NCBI RefSeq assembly: GCF_041248615.1
Contig: NZ_CP158426.1
Length of the DNA stretch: 64,000 nucleotides
Strand: one strand, 5' to 3'
Origin: Escherichia coli
GTDB taxonomy: Bacteria; Pseudomonadota; Gammaproteobacteria; Enterobacterales; Enterobacteriaceae
Shown here one piece after another: positions 62,153 to 64,000 of the stretch. Both the position numbers and the translations under genes were made by a program. Within the stretch, counting starts at the first letter, position 1. Every line of letters starts with the position of its first letter. A model generated the notes under the pieces. It worked only from the letters and a program-made list of their open reading frames with translations. It searched no databases and was not told where the DNA came from.

Positions 62153-62909
62153 AGCCGAACCGGATGCCGGAATGCTGGCGGAAAAAGAGTGGCAGGCGGC
62201 GGCTCAGGGTAATAGCGGACCGGATGTTTCGCTTCTGCGAAGTTTACTCGGTGCTGATGAACAGGCTGCCGCCGCGCTGCTGTTGGCGCAGAGAAAAAAC
62301 GGTACGTCGATGTCCTTAACCGCGTTGAGCATGGGGGATGAACGGGCGTTGCACTGGCTGCGCTATCTCATGGCGCTTGGGTTTGAGGAAGCTGTATTGC
62401 TGGAGACGGCGGCAGATCTGCGCTTTGCGCCGGAATTTGTCGCTCGCCATATTGCCGAATGGCAGCGTCAGAATCCGCTGGATCTGATAATTACCGGCTG
62501 CCAAAGCAGCGAAGGGCAGAATGGGCAAACGCCATTTTTGCTGGCGGAAATGCTGGGCTGGCCCTGCTTCACCCAGGTGGAGCGTTTTACTCTCGACGCG
62601 CCGTTTATCACCCTCGAACAGCGTACTGAAAACGGGCTGCGCTGTTGCCGGGTTCGCTTGCCTGCGGTGATTGCCGTGCGTCAGTGCGGTGAAGTGGCCT
62701 TGCCAGTACCGGGAATGCGCCAGCGTATGGCGGCGGGGAAAGCAGAAATTATCCGTAAAACTGTTGCTGCCGAATCGCCAGCGATGCAGTGTCTGCAACT
62801 GGCAAGAGCAGAGCAACAACGCGGAGCGACGCTGATTGATGGGCAAACGGTAGCAGAAAAAGCGCAAAAGCTATGGCAGGACTATTTACGCCAAAGGATG
62901 CAGCCATGA
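62130..62909 (+). CDS. ygcR: Electron-transfer-flavoprotein beta-subunit-like protein
   Basis: 259 aa from MNILLAFKAEPD with GGAGGTG ribosome-binding site; overlaps ygcS by 23 nt. Confidence 0.8.
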   Translation: MNILLAFKAEPDAGMLAEKEWQAAAQGNSGPDVSLLRSLLGADEQAAAALLLAQRKNGTSMSLTALSMGDERALHWLRYLMALGFEEAVLLETAADLRFAPEFVARHIAEWQRQNPLDLIITGCQSSEGQNGQTPFLLAEMLGWPCFTQVERFTLDAPFITLEQRTENGLRCCRVRLPAVIAVRQCGEVALPVPGMRQRMAAGKAEIIRKTVAAESPAMQCLQLARAEQQRGATLIDGQTVAEKAQKLWQDYLRQRMQP

Positions 62910-63766
62910 ATATCGCAATTGTGACAATAAATCAGGAGAATGCCGCAATAGCGAGCTGGCTGGCAGAACAGGATTTCAGCGGTTGTACCCTGGCACACTG
63001 GCAGATTGAACCTCAGCCCGTAGTGGCGGAACAGGTGCTGGATGCGCTGGTGGAACAGTGGCAGCGAACGCCAGCGGACGTTGTTCTCTTTCCGCCGGGA
63101 ACGTTTGGCGATGAACTGTCGACCCGGCTGGCCTGGCGTTTACATGGTGCAAGCATCTGCCAGGTGACTTCGTTAGATATTCCAACTGTAAGCATGCGCA
63201 AATCCCACTGGGGAAATGCGCTAACGGCGACGCTGCAAACAGAAAAACGCCCGCTATGCCTTTCCCTTGCCCGCCAGGCGGGAGCACTGAAAAACGCCAC
63301 GTTGCCCTCTGGTATGCAGCAACTGAACATTGTCCCCGGCGCGCTTCCCGACTGGCTGGTTAGCACAGAGGATCTGAAAAATGTTACCCGTGACCCATTA
63401 GCTGAGGCCAGACGGGTGCTGGTGGTGGGGCAGGGCGGAGAGGCAGATAACCAGGAAATCGCTATGCTGGCAGAAAAGCTGGGAGCCGAAGTGGGCTACA
63501 GTCGGGCGCGAGTAATGAACGGTGGCGTTGATGCCGAAAAAGTGATTGGTATTTCCGGACATCTGCTGGCACCTGAGGTGTGTATTGTTGTTGGCGCTTC
63601 CGGCGCAGCAGCGTTAATGGCGGGCGTCCGCAATAGCAAGTTTGTGGTGGCGATTAATCATGACGCCAGCGCGGCGGTATTTTCACAGGCAGATGTTGGC
63701 GTGGTTGATGACTGGAAAGCGGTGCTGGAGGCACTGGTGACAAACATTCACGCAGATTGCCAATAA
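62906..63766 (+). CDS. ygcQ: Electron-transfer-flavoprotein alpha-subunit-like protein
   Basis: 286 aa from MNIAIVTINQ; ATGA overlap with ygcR stop. Confidence 0.8.
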   Translation: MNIAIVTINQENAAIASWLAEQDFSGCTLAHWQIEPQPVVAEQVLDALVEQWQRTPADVVLFPPGTFGDELSTRLAWRLHGASICQVTSLDIPTVSMRKSHWGNALTATLQTEKRPLCLSLARQAGALKNATLPSGMQQLNIVPGALPDWLVSTEDLKNVTRDPLAEARRVLVVGQGGEADNQEIAMLAEKLGAEVGYSRARVMNGGVDAEKVIGISGHLLAPEVCIVVGASGAAALMAGVRNSKFVVAINHDASAAVFSQADVGVVDDWKAVLEALVTNIHADCQ

Positions 63767-63810
63767 CGTGCAGCCGGATGATCCTGCCTACGGTTCTGGG
63801 CTGGGGACTT

Positions 63811-63880
63811 GTAGGCCTGATAAGACGCGTCAAGCGTCGCATCAGGCGCTGAATGTCGGATGTGGCGTGCAGCCTACAAA
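63811..63880. repeat. REP elements (BIME) downstream of ygcQ
   Basis: tgtaggcctgataagacgcgtcaagcgtcgcatcaggcg and gtcggatgtggcgtgcagcctaca. Confidence 0.75.
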
Positions 63881-64000
63881 TCACACAAATTCAATTCGTT
63901 ACGATTATCCCGACAAAGCAATTTTTTCGCTAGCGTCCAGACCCCGGTATTCGTGGTGGAAAGCGCCACGACACCTGCGTTAATCGCATTACGCGCATCT

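Overview
This window reads as a contiguous Escherichia coli chromosomal segment, gene-for-gene collinear with the K-12 recC–ygcQ region (in reverse orientation to the standard K-12 map). I identified genes by recognising the supplied ORF translations and RNA sequences from memory; no database search or alignment was run. Order: recC 3' end, ptrA-recB-recD, argA, amiC, three tandem tRNA-fMet genes (metZWV), mltA, tcdA, csdE-csdA, ygdI, GcvB sRNA, gcvA, ygdD, rlmM, the fucose regulon (fucR-U-K-I-P divergent from fucA-O), xni, sdaB-sdaC, ppnN, queF, syd, CsrB sRNA, yqcC, truC, yqcA, gudP-X-D, barA, rlmD, relA, mazG, pyrG, eno, ygcG, queE, an orphan type I-E CRISPR array plus a degenerate second array, then the uncharacterised ygcE-yqcE-ygcW-ygcU-ygcS-ygcR-ygcQ cluster. 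I found no cas genes, transposases, integrases or prophage genes. I do not see a wholly novel system. The items most worth a second look are: (1) the cas-less CRISPR arrays, (2) the absence of the mazEF toxin-antitoxin pair between relA and mazG, (3) the ygc catabolic/electron-transfer cluster of unknown substrate, and (4) a recurring GC-rich palindromic motif family in two intergenic regions. Most long unassigned ORFs in the track are antisense shadows of real genes.
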